IMG/VR virus record: IMGVR_UViG_3300049137_000147
Span: 1 to 34,688 of that record
From: a virus
Lineage: Duplodnaviria > Caudoviricetes
Direction: 5' to 3' (one strand)
Length of the DNA stretch: 34,688 bases
The notes under the pieces are model-generated. The model worked only from the letters and a program-made list of their open reading frames with translations. It was not told the origin of the DNA and searched no databases. Shown here in pieces: positions 9,701-18,708 of the stretch (position 1 is the stretch's first letter; every line of letters starts with the position of its first letter). Position numbers and translations under genes: made by a program.

Positions 9701-11439
9701 ACGGCCTGACCAACAAGACGATCAAGATCGATGCCTTGACTAGCGGGGCCATCGGCGAGCTGACCAAGGTCCAAGCCAAGATCCGAGCCACAAACGGCAA
9801 GACCATCACCATGCGCGCCCCGACCGGCGCGGCCATCAAGGCTCTGGAGTCCCTCGGCTTCAAGGTCCGGCAGGTCCCCGGCAGTAAGAACGTCAATATC
9901 ACCATCCCCACCGGCGGGCCCCGCTCCGCGGTCTCCGCGATACAGGGCTACATCAACAGCCTTCACGGCAAGACCATCACCCTGACCACCGAGCACCGCA
10001 CCATCTACACCGGCAAGGGCGGCCGCGGCCCCAACGCCGCCGGCGGCGGCCTGCTGGCCACCCTGCCCAAGCAGCGCCTTGCCACCGGTGGGCCGATCCA
10101 GGGATTCCCCGCCGGCGGCTACATCGAAGGCCCGGGCACCTCCACCAGCGATTCGATCCTCGCCACGTTCCCGTCCGGGGCGATGGCCAGGGTCTCCAAC
10201 TCCGAGTACGTCATCCAGGCCGCCGCCGTGCGCAAGTACGGGGTGCAGACCCTCAACGCCATCAACAGCGGCCAGATGAAACTTCCGCGCCTGGCATCGG
10301 GCGGCTCGGTCACCGACTGGCGCTACGACCCGCAGACCGGCTCCCTCTACTCCGGCAACGACATAACCTCCGCCGGCAACAAAACCAAGAAGGTGAAGGT
10401 CAAGGTCAAGGGCAAGTGGCAGACCAAAGAGGTCGAGTACTTCGACATCACCGCGGTCGAGAAGAAGCTCAAGAGTGCGGCGAAGGCCACTCAGGCGTGG
10501 AACGCCGACCTGCAGAAGGTCGCCGACCGGGTCGGCGGTGACGTCGCCGAAGCCCTCGCCTCCATGGGCAAGGAGGGCATGAAGCTCGCCGACAAGATGG
10601 CCAACGGATCCACCAAGTACATCAACGACATGGCCAAGGCCCTGCGTGACCTGCAGAAGACCGCCAAAGCCTCCCTGACGGACTACACGCGGCAGCTCAC
10701 CAACGCCAACAAGGTCAACAAGGACTTCGCCGAGGACCTCGCCAAGCTGGCTTCGATGGGCTACGGCGACCTCGCCGCCCAGCTGGCCTCCCAGAACGAT
10801 GAGGCCGCCCAGCAGCTCGCCGACGCCGCGGTGAAGGACAAGAAGAAGGCCGCGGCAGCGGACAAGCAGGCCAAGACCGCGAACAACGCGCTCACCGCCG
10901 ACCAGGTGCAGTCCCTGGTGCAAATCATCGCCGCGATCAAGACCAGCAAGACCGGCATCCACGACGTCGCCGCCACCACCGGCCTGGGCGAAGACGAGAT
11001 AATCGCCATCGCCAACAAGGCCAAAGCCCAGATCCACACCTCCCTAGGCTCCCGCGCCACCAAGTTCCTCCAGGACCTGGGCAAGGCCAACAAATTCCAG
11101 GCCTACGCCGACGGCGGTATCCGCTCCGGCATCTACGCCACCCGCGGCGGCCTGTACCGGTTCGCGGAGCCGGAGACCCACGGGGAAGCCTTCCTGCCGC
11201 TCGCGCCCAGCAAGCGCCGCTCCGCCCTACCGGTCCTCCACGACGTCGCCACCCGCTTCGGCCTCGGACTGACCGACGCACGCGCCACCCGCCCGGTCGT
11301 CATCGTCCGCGAATCCAGCCCCACCAACGTCAGCGTCACCGCCGTCCGCACCGGGGCCTCCGCATCGGACATCGCATCGCAGGTCGGCCGCTCGGTACGC
11401 CGGGCCCGCAGGGGAGGGGTGGCCGCCCGTGCCGCTTGA
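6784..11439 (+). CDS. Tape measure protein
   Basis: 1551 aa, Ala/Gly-rich and helical, with hydrophobic segments; C-terminal GGYIEGPGTSTSDSI...SNSEYV and ADGG...AEPETHGEAFLPL motifs; AAGGAG RBS. Confidence 0.92.
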   Translation: MSEWNLSVRLTGQGSDLARTLRSTSRDARTASRDVTALRRDISRLRTEAARDIRVRVRADARGLRSDVRAALNTAGSGQRLGVRLGVDARRLRSDVQRALTAAGTGQGIRIRLNVDAARFRSDVRAALTAAGAGQNLTVALNVNGAADLAALREESERTARFLNDLQDSARDAGNQLDVLRNQSLAAAVGLRSMNRAAGSGRTRLDTLSASTRTFRNDLDDLDGSLTNVTGRLSGLRGRVGGLGGGSGGGGLSGGASREALKAIILLAPAAIPLVAGLSTSLAPLPGLFGAAGVGAIAFGAALGGQVARLGEVADAQKKYDDAVREHGRSSAEAIKAQLQYQQMLAQLPPEAQRAAIALADLKSNFRDWSDDMAGFTMTPLTHGITVLDQLIPRLTPHVESFSTQLDRVVTVAGGAIETPGFDAMADKFADFSDRQLDEMTDGVMHFLRVLSEGGAFQDGPIAAFMDYARTNGPAAREALSAISDAVVTLLQAGAEAGPTLLTLVTAAAQLVAALPPELVGIIIQVAAGLKLVQLAGAGAAAIAGGVAALGTRLTALRAASTAAGGGMAGLAAAFGTLGTAAKATLIASGIGILLIALSELSDMGKKAPPDVDKLTTSLRELGTTGRVSGEAARSFGKDLSGLADSLQKVTDPKGLDQVQQSIVSFFGTDSTPVKEAKENIDAVDKALANLVKNGQADLAAAALDKLSAKLKGQGFSAEQIRDQMDDYKSAVADMKFEQELAAQSMGLFGEAAQQTSAQLEAQKASADGLRQSIVALNDVNRAAGSAMSAFEQSIDDTTEALKDHAGALKFRDGELDLGSEKAREAEKVLSELAANTDAAATAAREQGKSWEYVSSIQERGREAFVKAADAMGLTKSQAEALAATYLKIPDKKSTVLEMRTEDAIAGLDAVISAINKTPNDKSVTVKALTTDAIDLLESLGYTVTNLKDGRFKVTADTATVADSLAEVERARDGLTNKTIKIDALTSGAIGELTKVQAKIRATNGKTITMRAPTGAAIKALESLGFKVRQVPGSKNVNITIPTGGPRSAVSAIQGYINSLHGKTITLTTEHRTIYTGKGGRGPNAAGGGLLATLPKQRLATGGPIQGFPAGGYIEGPGTSTSDSILATFPSGAMARVSNSEYVIQAAAVRKYGVQTLNAINSGQMKLPRLASGGSVTDWRYDPQTGSLYSGNDITSAGNKTKKVKVKVKGKWQTKEVEYFDITAVEKKLKSAAKATQAWNADLQKVADRVGGDVAEALASMGKEGMKLADKMANGSTKYINDMAKALRDLQKTAKASLTDYTRQLTNANKVNKDFAEDLAKLASMGYGDLAAQLASQNDEAAQQLADAAVKDKKKAAAADKQAKTANNALTADQVQSLVQIIAAIKTSKTGIHDVAATTGLGEDEIIAIANKAKAQIHTSLGSRATKFLQDLGKANKFQAYADGGIRSGIYATRGGLYRFAEPETHGEAFLPLAPSKRRSALPVLHDVATRFGLGLTDARATRPVVIVRESSPTNVSVTAVRTGASASDIASQVGRSVRRARRGGVAARAA
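6946..7200 (+). repeat. Three 84-bp (28-aa) tandem repeats in the tape measure N-terminus
   Basis: GACGC.. starts recur at 6961, 7045 and 7129; unit xDAxxLRSDVxxALxxAGxGQ. Confidence 0.8.
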
Positions 11440-12322
11440 GGACTGGCAGTACGACATCGGAGGCGTCGTCATCGGCGCCGGCACCAACGTGCAGGTCATC
11501 GAGACCACCGGCCTCGGGCGCCCCCCAGTACGGGAGTCGGACGTGGACCAGCCGTCCATGGACGGCCAGTTCGCCGGTCCCGACTACTGGGCCGGACGGC
11601 AGATCCAGTTCGACGCCGCCATCAAGATCCCCGGCAATGCGGCCGCCTGCCACGACATGGTCGCCACGCTGCAGGCAGCCACCGACGCAGCCTCGGTGCG
11701 GCTGGTGGGCGGGCAAGGCCTGACGCTGCGCATCAAACGACCCGGCCGGCCGGTGAAACGCCTCACCGTCCGCGCCCGGAAACTGGACCCGGAATACCGC
11801 CAGGTCATCCACGGCTACGTGCCCCTCGACATCGAGCTCCTCGCCCACGATCCCACGCTCTACGCCGACGAGGTGTCCACCACGGAGCTTCCCCTCGGCT
11901 GGCTGACCGGGGGAGGGTTCGCCGCACCGGTGGCAGCCCCGATCTACGTGCAGGACGGGACCGTCGCCGCCGACCGGCCCGGCTGGGTCACCAACGCCGG
12001 GGACGCCGACGCGTGGCCGATCATCCGTATCACCGGCCCGTGCGCAAACGTCACGATCACCCACGTCGCATCCGGCCGATCCCTCGCCCTGCCCACCCTG
12101 AACCTGGCCGACGGCCGCTGGATCGAAATCGACACCCGGCCCGGCCACCGGACAGTGACCTGGGACAACGGCGGCAACGCCTCCACCTACCTGTCCCCAG
12201 GCTCCCGCATCGACCTGTTCTCCATCCCCCCGGGCACGTCGGAGATGCGGTGGACAGCGTTCGACAGCTCCAACTCCGCCCGCCTCAACATCACCTGGCG
12301 CGACGCCTACATAGCCCTCTAG
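11429..12322 (+). CDS. Distal tail (Dit-like) minor tail protein
   Basis: First gene after the tape measure; DGQFAGPDYW.GR, NAGDADAWPIIRITGP and W..AY C-terminus. Confidence 0.8.
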   Translation: MPLEDWQYDIGGVVIGAGTNVQVIETTGLGRPPVRESDVDQPSMDGQFAGPDYWAGRQIQFDAAIKIPGNAAACHDMVATLQAATDAASVRLVGGQGLTLRIKRPGRPVKRLTVRARKLDPEYRQVIHGYVPLDIELLAHDPTLYADEVSTTELPLGWLTGGGFAAPVAAPIYVQDGTVAADRPGWVTNAGDADAWPIIRITGPCANVTITHVASGRSLALPTLNLADGRWIEIDTRPGHRTVTWDNGGNASTYLSPGSRIDLFSIPPGTSEMRWTAFDSSNSARLNITWRDAYIAL

Positions 12323-12332
12323 GAGCCCCGAC

Positions 12333-13274
12333 ATGGCCTTGTTTCCCCGGCCCATCCTCACCAACGGGGCCACCCACAGCGCACAGCAGTTCCGCATGCT
12401 CGTCAGGGATCTCGCCAACGGCGCCGAAGGCATCACCCAAGGCGACGACCTGAAGGTAACCCAGCGCTCCACCCCCGGCGGCGGTGTCACCGTCGGAGAC
12501 GGATCCGGCGTCATCCGCGGCCGCGCCAACGCATTCCAGGGCACCTACTCGGTGTGCAACATCGGCTCCGTCAACGTCGACATCGCCGCCACCGGCTCCG
12601 GCGCCGGACGCTCCGACATGGTCATCGTGCGGGTGGAAGACCCCGAGTACGAAGGCGACCTGAACCCCGAGGTCGACCAGATCGCCTACTTCCAGGTCAT
12701 CCCTAACGTCTCCAGCTCCGCCACGACGATCCCCGACGGCCGGACCGGTATCCCGCTGGCCCGAATCGACATCCCCGCGTCCACCTCCACCATCACCAAC
12801 GCAATGATCACCGACCTGCGGAAAGTCGCCAACCCCCGCAGGTCCCGCTTCTTGGACACCCAGTCGCCGGCCAGCATGAGCAGCGGCATCGGCGCCTCCA
12901 CCGCCCCCGCCTACTTCTCCACCGCCGCCGGCCTGAGCATCCCGATCCCGGACTGGGCGACCAAAGCCATCGTGAAGATCGATGTCTCGCCTATCCGCTA
13001 CGACCTGGGCAACTTCTGGGGCTACCTGTCCGCGACCTTCGGCGGCTCACTGGTGCTGGAGTCGACCACCCTCGACGACAACCAGGGCAGCGGAGTACGC
13101 CGGATCCCCGCCATCGTCGCCGACACACTGACCATCCCCGGCGCCTACCGCGGCACCAGCCAGCTTCTGCGGGTGCGAGCCGCAGCCGCCGATACCGGGC
13201 AAGCAGCCCGCATCTACGTCGACTCCGGCACCACCTTCGTGTACGACGTGCAGTTCGAGGAGGCCCCGCGGTGA
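12333..13274 (+). CDS. Minor tail / baseplate protein
   Basis: AGGAG RBS; beta-rich; RSDMVIVRVEDPEY and IPLARIDIPA...ITDLR motifs common in actinophage minor tail proteins. Confidence 0.75.
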   Translation: MALFPRPILTNGATHSAQQFRMLVRDLANGAEGITQGDDLKVTQRSTPGGGVTVGDGSGVIRGRANAFQGTYSVCNIGSVNVDIAATGSGAGRSDMVIVRVEDPEYEGDLNPEVDQIAYFQVIPNVSSSATTIPDGRTGIPLARIDIPASTSTITNAMITDLRKVANPRRSRFLDTQSPASMSSGIGASTAPAYFSTAAGLSIPIPDWATKAIVKIDVSPIRYDLGNFWGYLSATFGGSLVLESTTLDDNQGSGVRRIPAIVADTLTIPGAYRGTSQLLRVRAAAADTGQAARIYVDSGTTFVYDVQFEEAPR

Positions 13275-14374
13275 CCGTGGAGTCGCCCATGAGGGTCCTC
13301 ACCCGGCACGCGGTCAGCGGGGCGTGGCTGTCGACCGCCCTGCCGGTCACAAATCTGGAGTACGGGCCCGAACTGTCCGGGCCAGGCGAACTACGCGGAG
13401 TCCTGTCCCCGCGACTCGTCGCCTCCAATCCCACGCTGGCCGACCCGGGCACCACGGAGATCTACGTGGAATCCGAGGGACAGCTGGAGTGGGGCGGTCT
13501 CATCTGGGACGTCCGCGAGCAGGGCAGCGACTACGCCATCGAGGCCGCCTCCTGGTCGTCGTATCTGCAGAAGCGATTCGACCTCGACGGAGAGCACGGC
13601 GGCCGCGGCCCCTACGTCTACACCGACCGCTGCCAGGTCATCCGCAACATCTGGGACTACGCCCAATCCGTCCAGGACGGCGACCTGGGCGTCGTCGTCG
13701 ACTCCACCACCTCCACCTCTAAGGTCGGCACCCCGGCCGACGTGTGGCACTCCTACTGGTACGACACCAAGAGCCTGGGGGACCAGGTTGACGAGCTCGT
13801 ATCCGACCAGGCCACCCCCGAGTACACCTGCACCACCAGCTGGAACGCTTCCAAGACCGACGTCATCAAGCGCATCCGGCTGGGCTGGCCGCGCCTCGGC
13901 GCCCGTCGCAGGGACATCGAGTTCTCCTCCGGCGTCAACATCATCGAAGAGCCTGAGAAAGCCCTCGCAGGCGACGACTATGCACAGGTCGTCATCGGCA
14001 CCGGATCCGGCGACGGCTCCGCCAAGCTCCGCCAGGTCTCCGCCGTCCGCAACGGCCGCCTCCGCCTCGAGGCTGTCGCAGCCTTCCCCGAGGTCAAAAG
14101 TGCCGACATCCTCAAGCAGCGCACCGAGTGGGAGCGGGCCTGGCGGCAGACCCTCGGCAGTGTCGAACAGGTCGTCCTGCGCGACACCCCCGCCGCCCCG
14201 TTCGGGTCCTGGCAGGTCGGAGACGACGTCTACACCCGCATCCACAACGACTGGACCTCCTACACCGGCTGGTGCCGGATTACGGGCTGGTCCATCAAGC
14301 CGACCGCCCGCGGCGGCCCGCAGGCCGTCGTGTCGCTGAAGCCCGCCGAGATGTACACCTACGGAGGCCAGTGA
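13271..14374 (+). CDS. Minor tail protein (hub/Tal-like)
   Basis: GTGA overlap; LSGPG, W.G.IW, PRLG and W.VGD motifs. Confidence 0.75.
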   Translation: MTVESPMRVLTRHAVSGAWLSTALPVTNLEYGPELSGPGELRGVLSPRLVASNPTLADPGTTEIYVESEGQLEWGGLIWDVREQGSDYAIEAASWSSYLQKRFDLDGEHGGRGPYVYTDRCQVIRNIWDYAQSVQDGDLGVVVDSTTSTSKVGTPADVWHSYWYDTKSLGDQVDELVSDQATPEYTCTTSWNASKTDVIKRIRLGWPRLGARRRDIEFSSGVNIIEEPEKALAGDDYAQVVIGTGSGDGSAKLRQVSAVRNGRLRLEAVAAFPEVKSADILKQRTEWERAWRQTLGSVEQVVLRDTPAAPFGSWQVGDDVYTRIHNDWTSYTGWCRITGWSIKPTARGGPQAVVSLKPAEMYTYGGQ

Positions 14375-16833
14375 TGGACATCGGCCGTGAATTGCACGCC
14401 CTGCGCGCTCGCCTGGACCGCATCGAGGCCTCCGCCCGCCTGTCCCACGCCGCCATCGACAACACCGCTGTGGAAGTTCGGGACAACACCGGCAGCCTGC
14501 GTGGCCTGCTCGGCGTGCAGGCGGACGGCACCACCGCGGTGAACATCGTCAACGGGCCCCCGCCCCCGGCACCGTCCACGCCGATCCTCACCTCCGTCCT
14601 GGGCGGCATCACCGTCTCCTGGGACGGCGCCTTCGCCGACGGGGCGGTGATGCCGCTGGACTGGCAGCGCGTCGAAGTCCACGCCTCCACCACCACCGGC
14701 TTCACGCCCGACGCGGCCACGCTGCAGGGCACCATCGAATCCCCGCGCGGCTCCACCGTCGTCGTGGTCACCGACGACCCCGTGTACGTGCGGCTGCTGG
14801 CTCGCAACACCTCCGGAACCGCCAGCGCCCCCTCGACGCAGGCCGGCCCGCTGGGCCCGACACCGGTGGTCGCCGACGACATTCTCGACGGCATCGTCAC
14901 CGAGACGAAGCTGGCCGCCGGCGCGGTCACCGAAGCGAAGATCGCCGCCAACGCGGTCGGCACCGTGGCGCTGCAGGAATCCGCGGTCCACGCGGAGAAC
15001 CTCGCCGCGGCCGCCGTCGAAGTCGGGAAGATCGCCGACAATGCGGTGACCGGCCCGGCCATCGCCTCATCCGCGGTCTCGGCAGGGAAGATCGCAGCGA
15101 ACGCGGTAACCGCCACCACCATCGCAGCGAACTCTGTGACCTCGGCGAAGGTTGCTGCTGGAGCCATCACCACCGACAAACTGACCGTCACCGGCGGCGC
15201 GAACATCCTCACCGATCCGTCCTTCGAAGGCGCCTACACCGCGGCCCTGGTCGCCGGATCCACGTTCGCCAGCCAGGACACTACCGCGGGAAACGGCTCA
15301 CCCACCTCCCTGAAGATCGACGCCACCTCCGCCACTGCGGCCTTCCGGTCGGTGGCGCTCACCTCGGTAGCGACCCTGCCCGGCGAGCAGTGGAACCTGG
15401 CCGTCGACTACTGGGTATCGAACAACTGGGTCGGCACCGAGATCAGCATCCACGCCCGGTGGGAGACCGCCACCGGAGCGGTCGTCTCCTACAGCAAGGT
15501 CCTCGTCACCACCCCGGTAAGGGAGACCTGGACCCGCATCACCGGCACCGTCACCGCGCCGGCCACCACCGCCCGCATCGTGCCGAGGGTCGAGTCCGGC
15601 TCCGCCACGGCCGGCTTCGTGCGCTTCGACAACGCCACGGTGCGGCCCGTCCTCGGCGGCACCCAGATCCAAGACGGCGCCATCACCACCCAGAAGGTGG
15701 TGGCCGGGGCGATCCAGACGGCGCAGCTGGACGCGGGCGCCGTCAACGCCGACAAGATCGCATCCGGTGCGGTCACCACCGCCAAACTCGACGCGCTCGC
15801 CGTCACCAGCGACAAGATCGCAGCGAACTCCATCACCGCCAGCAAAATCCTCGCCGGAGCGGTCGACGCCACCGCCCTCGCCGCGGACGCCATCACCGGC
15901 AAGACCATCACCGGCGGCACCATCACCGGCGCCCTCATCCAGACCGCCGCGTCCGGACAGCGCATCACCCTCAACGAGGCAGGCGCCAACAAGGTCCTCG
16001 TCTACGACGCCACCCGCCCCGTAGCGGAGATATCGGCCCTCGGCCTGGGCCTGGTCGGCACCGGCGGCGCCAAGATGGTCCTCGACCCCAACGCCGTGTA
16101 TCCGACGCTTCGCCTGACCAACGCCGCCGGCACCAACGAAGCCGTCCTCAACGTCGTGGAGAACACCCCCGGCTCCGCCAACCCCGGGCTGAACACGGGC
16201 AAGTTCACCGCCTCCGGGTTCACGGACATGAAGTGGCGGACTTTCATGGGCGAGGACTTCGCCGTCATCGAACGGATCCGCGACAGCAGCAACAGCACCG
16301 TCATCGGCGGCCGCCTGGACCTGCGCTACGACTACGCGGGCATCGCCTTCATGGACTCCACCGACAGCACCCGCTACGCCGACGTCGTCCTCACTCCCGG
16401 ACTCGCGAAGACCCGGGCCCGCGCCATCATCCAGCCCAGCATCGGCGACGCCAACAGCGTCCTCTTCATCCAGCCCGGGCCCTCCCACACTGGCTACATC
16501 CTGCGCGCCTGGGACCCCGACAACAGCACCTACCGCTTCGCCGTCGACCGGCTCGGCAACACCGACATTAACGGCATCCTCTCCGCCGGGAACATCGCCG
16601 CCGGGCGCCTCACCATCACCCCCGTGCCGGGCACACCGACCAGCCAGAACGTCACCGGGCTGAGCCTAAAAGGCACCAATATCCGCGTCGTCGCCTGCGC
16701 GGCCACCACCGTCCCAGGCACCCAGGTCACCGGCGTCGGCGTCACCAACCAGTCCGCCACCGGATTCACCGTCTGGGTCACCCGCACCAACAACACCAAC
16801 ACCGTCATCGAATGGATCGCATACGGCGTATGA
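14374..16833 (+). CDS. Tail fibre / receptor-binding protein
   Basis: TGATG coupling; FN3-like N-terminal region, two blocks of 10-aa A(V/I)TxxK(I/L)AAx repeats around a carbohydrate-binding-like domain (NILTDPSFEG), beta-rich C-terminus. Confidence 0.8.
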   Translation: MDIGRELHALRARLDRIEASARLSHAAIDNTAVEVRDNTGSLRGLLGVQADGTTAVNIVNGPPPPAPSTPILTSVLGGITVSWDGAFADGAVMPLDWQRVEVHASTTTGFTPDAATLQGTIESPRGSTVVVVTDDPVYVRLLARNTSGTASAPSTQAGPLGPTPVVADDILDGIVTETKLAAGAVTEAKIAANAVGTVALQESAVHAENLAAAAVEVGKIADNAVTGPAIASSAVSAGKIAANAVTATTIAANSVTSAKVAAGAITTDKLTVTGGANILTDPSFEGAYTAALVAGSTFASQDTTAGNGSPTSLKIDATSATAAFRSVALTSVATLPGEQWNLAVDYWVSNNWVGTEISIHARWETATGAVVSYSKVLVTTPVRETWTRITGTVTAPATTARIVPRVESGSATAGFVRFDNATVRPVLGGTQIQDGAITTQKVVAGAIQTAQLDAGAVNADKIASGAVTTAKLDALAVTSDKIAANSITASKILAGAVDATALAADAITGKTITGGTITGALIQTAASGQRITLNEAGANKVLVYDATRPVAEISALGLGLVGTGGAKMVLDPNAVYPTLRLTNAAGTNEAVLNVVENTPGSANPGLNTGKFTASGFTDMKWRTFMGEDFAVIERIRDSSNSTVIGGRLDLRYDYAGIAFMDSTDSTRYADVVLTPGLAKTRARAIIQPSIGDANSVLFIQPGPSHTGYILRAWDPDNSTYRFAVDRLGNTDINGILSAGNIAAGRLTITPVPGTPTSQNVTGLSLKGTNIRVVACAATTVPGTQVTGVGVTNQSATGFTVWVTRTNNTNTVIEWIAYGV

Positions 16834-17192
16834 GTACAGAACCCGAGCCCCCATCGCCCACCCCCGAGCCGGTCCCGGATCCCCAGGAGCAGCAGCCCGA
16901 TCCTCCGGCCGACCCGGACCCGGTCGTCGTCGAACCGGAACCCGAAGAGGACACCACGCCGCCGCCACCACCGGACGGCACTCTCGGCACCGTCGTCACC
17001 GTGGAGCCGGGCACTTGGTACGAGGTCACCTCCGTGTGCACCACCGCCACCTGCCCCAACCTCAACACGTCCACGACGGAGCCGATGGTGTACTCCAACG
17101 CGGGCAGCATCCGCATGGTGTGCGGCCGCTGCGGAGCGAACCGGCCCATCCTCACCGTGACCAAGCTGGACCCGCAGCCCGAGATGTCCTAG
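16830..17192 (+). CDS. Pro/Glu-rich protein with Zn-ribbon (CTTATC...CGRC)
   Basis: ATGA overlap with the fibre stop; 120 aa. Confidence 0.7.
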   Translation: MSTEPEPPSPTPEPVPDPQEQQPDPPADPDPVVVEPEPEEDTTPPPPPDGTLGTVVTVEPGTWYEVTSVCTTATCPNLNTSTTEPMVYSNAGSIRMVCGRCGANRPILTVTKLDPQPEMS

Positions 17193-17200
17193 CCGTCGGT

Positions 17201-17230
17201 GTCCGGGCGGGGGGAATGCCCGGCCCGGAC
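17201..17230 (+). terminator. Hairpin after the tail module
   Basis: GTCCGGGC / GCCCGGAC stem. Confidence 0.45.
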
Positions 17231-17253
17231 GGCCATACCCTGATCACTGGGCG

Positions 17254-17306
17254 ACCCTCAGCCCGCAGATCCACCCTTGAGGGACGGCCGCACGCAGCGG
17301 CCCGCC
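17254..17306 (+). promoter_or_regulatory. Twin-hairpin RNA motif, copy C
   Basis: A-CCCTCA(17255-60)/TGAGGG(17278-83)-AC-GGCCGC(17286-91)/GCGGCC(17297-302)-CGCC. Confidence 0.65.
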
Positions 17307-17349
17307 ACCACATTCACCTGGGCGCGGGGAAGATCCAGGAGACCGGGCC

Positions 17350-17742
17350 ATGCCCGATCCGACCACACAGCAGGACGAGCAGACGGCTGCCCGCAAGAAG
17401 TCGACCCCGGTCACCGCCGACGTCGAGACGCCGGTGCCGCAGCCGGCCGCCACCGACACCTCCGCCGCGGCGTACGAGCCGTACCCGGGCGCCGAGTTCT
17501 TCCACGGCGGCCGCCACAGCCCGATCGTCACCGCGATGGCTCGCCGCCTCGAGGCCGAAGGCTGCACCGACGGCCGCTACCTGGGCCCCGACTGGACCAA
17601 CGCCCACCGCGACGCCTTCGCCGCCTGGCAGAGGCAGCTGCGCCCCAAGGAGGGCGGCGACGTCTCGGGTACCCCCGACAAGGTCGCCTGGGAACGGCTC
17701 CACGTCCCGCGCGTCAGCCCCCGCACCGAAGGGGAGTCCTGA
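17350..17742 (+). CDS. Stand-alone peptidoglycan-binding-domain (PGBD-like) protein
   Basis: AGGAG RBS; YEPYPGAEFF..GRHSPIVTAM.RRL...GPDW...AWQR.L...G.P motif of Streptomyces PG-binding domains. Confidence 0.75.
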   Translation: MPDPTTQQDEQTAARKKSTPVTADVETPVPQPAATDTSAAAYEPYPGAEFFHGGRHSPIVTAMARRLEAEGCTDGRYLGPDWTNAHRDAFAAWQRQLRPKEGGDVSGTPDKVAWERLHVPRVSPRTEGES

Positions 17743-18680
17743 TGGCCAACGCCCCCTCCGCGTCCACCTTCGCCGGGCTCATCCGGTCCGAAGGCGTCAC
17801 CGTGGTCGAGGTCGGCGACTGGGAGACCCACAACCGCAACAGCAAGGGACCGTGGGGCCCCATCAACGGCGTGATGATCCACCACACCGTGACCACCGGC
17901 ACCGCCAGCACCGTCGAACTGTGCCGCAAGGGCCACTCCACGCTGCCCGGGCCGCTGTGCCACGGTGTCATCGCCAAGGACGGCCGCGTGCACCTGGTCG
18001 GCTACGGCCGCGCCAACCACGCCGGCCTGGGCGACCCGGACGTCCTGGCCGCGATCATCGCCGAACGCAAGCCGCCCGCCGACAACGAAGCCACCGTCGA
18101 CGGCAACCGCCACTTCTACGGCTTCGAGTGCGAGAACCGCGGCGACAACAAGGACCCGTGGCCCGAGAAGCAGATCGAGGCCATCGTCCGCGTCATCGCA
18201 GCACTCTGCCGCCACCACGGCTGGAGCCCCCGTTCCGCGCTCCGCCACATGGACTGGCAGCCCGGCAAGGTCGACCCCCGCGGCCCCGGCATGGACTGGG
18301 ACGACATCCTCATCCGAGTCGACGCCCGCCTCGCCGGCGACAAGCCGAACACCCCCGAGCCCACCGCGCCCACACCGCTCCCGAAGCCGACCAAGCCCGT
18401 CGTGGACCTGTCCAAGCTCGTCGCTGCCGCCAAGTCCAACCCAGCGGCAAAGGGCACACCGGTCACCTACTCGGGCGTGAAGACCGTCGAGACGGCCCTG
18501 GTCGACGCCGGCCTGCTCGCCAAGCGCTACTCGGACGGCCACTACGGAACCACCACGCTCGCCGCCTACGCCGCCTGGCAGAAGCGCTGCGGATACACCG
18601 GCAAGGACGCCGACGGCATCCCCGGCCGCACCTCCCTCGAACGCCTCGGCAACAAGTACGGCTTCACCGTCGTCGCGTGA
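17742..18680 (+). CDS. Endolysin: N-acetylmuramoyl-L-alanine amidase with C-terminal PG-binding domain
   Basis: VMIHHT, RANHAG, GFECEN and H.DWQPGKVDP Zn-amidase motifs; Pro-rich linker; DGHYG..T...WQ...ADGIPG. Confidence 0.92.
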   Translation: MANAPSASTFAGLIRSEGVTVVEVGDWETHNRNSKGPWGPINGVMIHHTVTTGTASTVELCRKGHSTLPGPLCHGVIAKDGRVHLVGYGRANHAGLGDPDVLAAIIAERKPPADNEATVDGNRHFYGFECENRGDNKDPWPEKQIEAIVRVIAALCRHHGWSPRSALRHMDWQPGKVDPRGPGMDWDDILIRVDARLAGDKPNTPEPTAPTPLPKPTKPVVDLSKLVAAAKSNPAAKGTPVTYSGVKTVETALVDAGLLAKRYSDGHYGTTTLAAYAAWQKRCGYTGKDADGIPGRTSLERLGNKYGFTVVA

Positions 18681-18708
18681 CCTCCGCCCTTCCTACAAGG
18701 AGAAACCC

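Noticed and set aside
14374-16833. Diversity-generating retroelement target in the fibre C-terminus
   Set aside because: No reverse transcriptase and no template/variable repeat pair seen in the window.
106-18542. Long minus-strand ORFs opposite the structural genes (e.g. 106-1776, 7552-11037, 15298-16488)
   Set aside because: Antisense shadows caused by high GC3 codon bias; no RBS or recognisable motifs.
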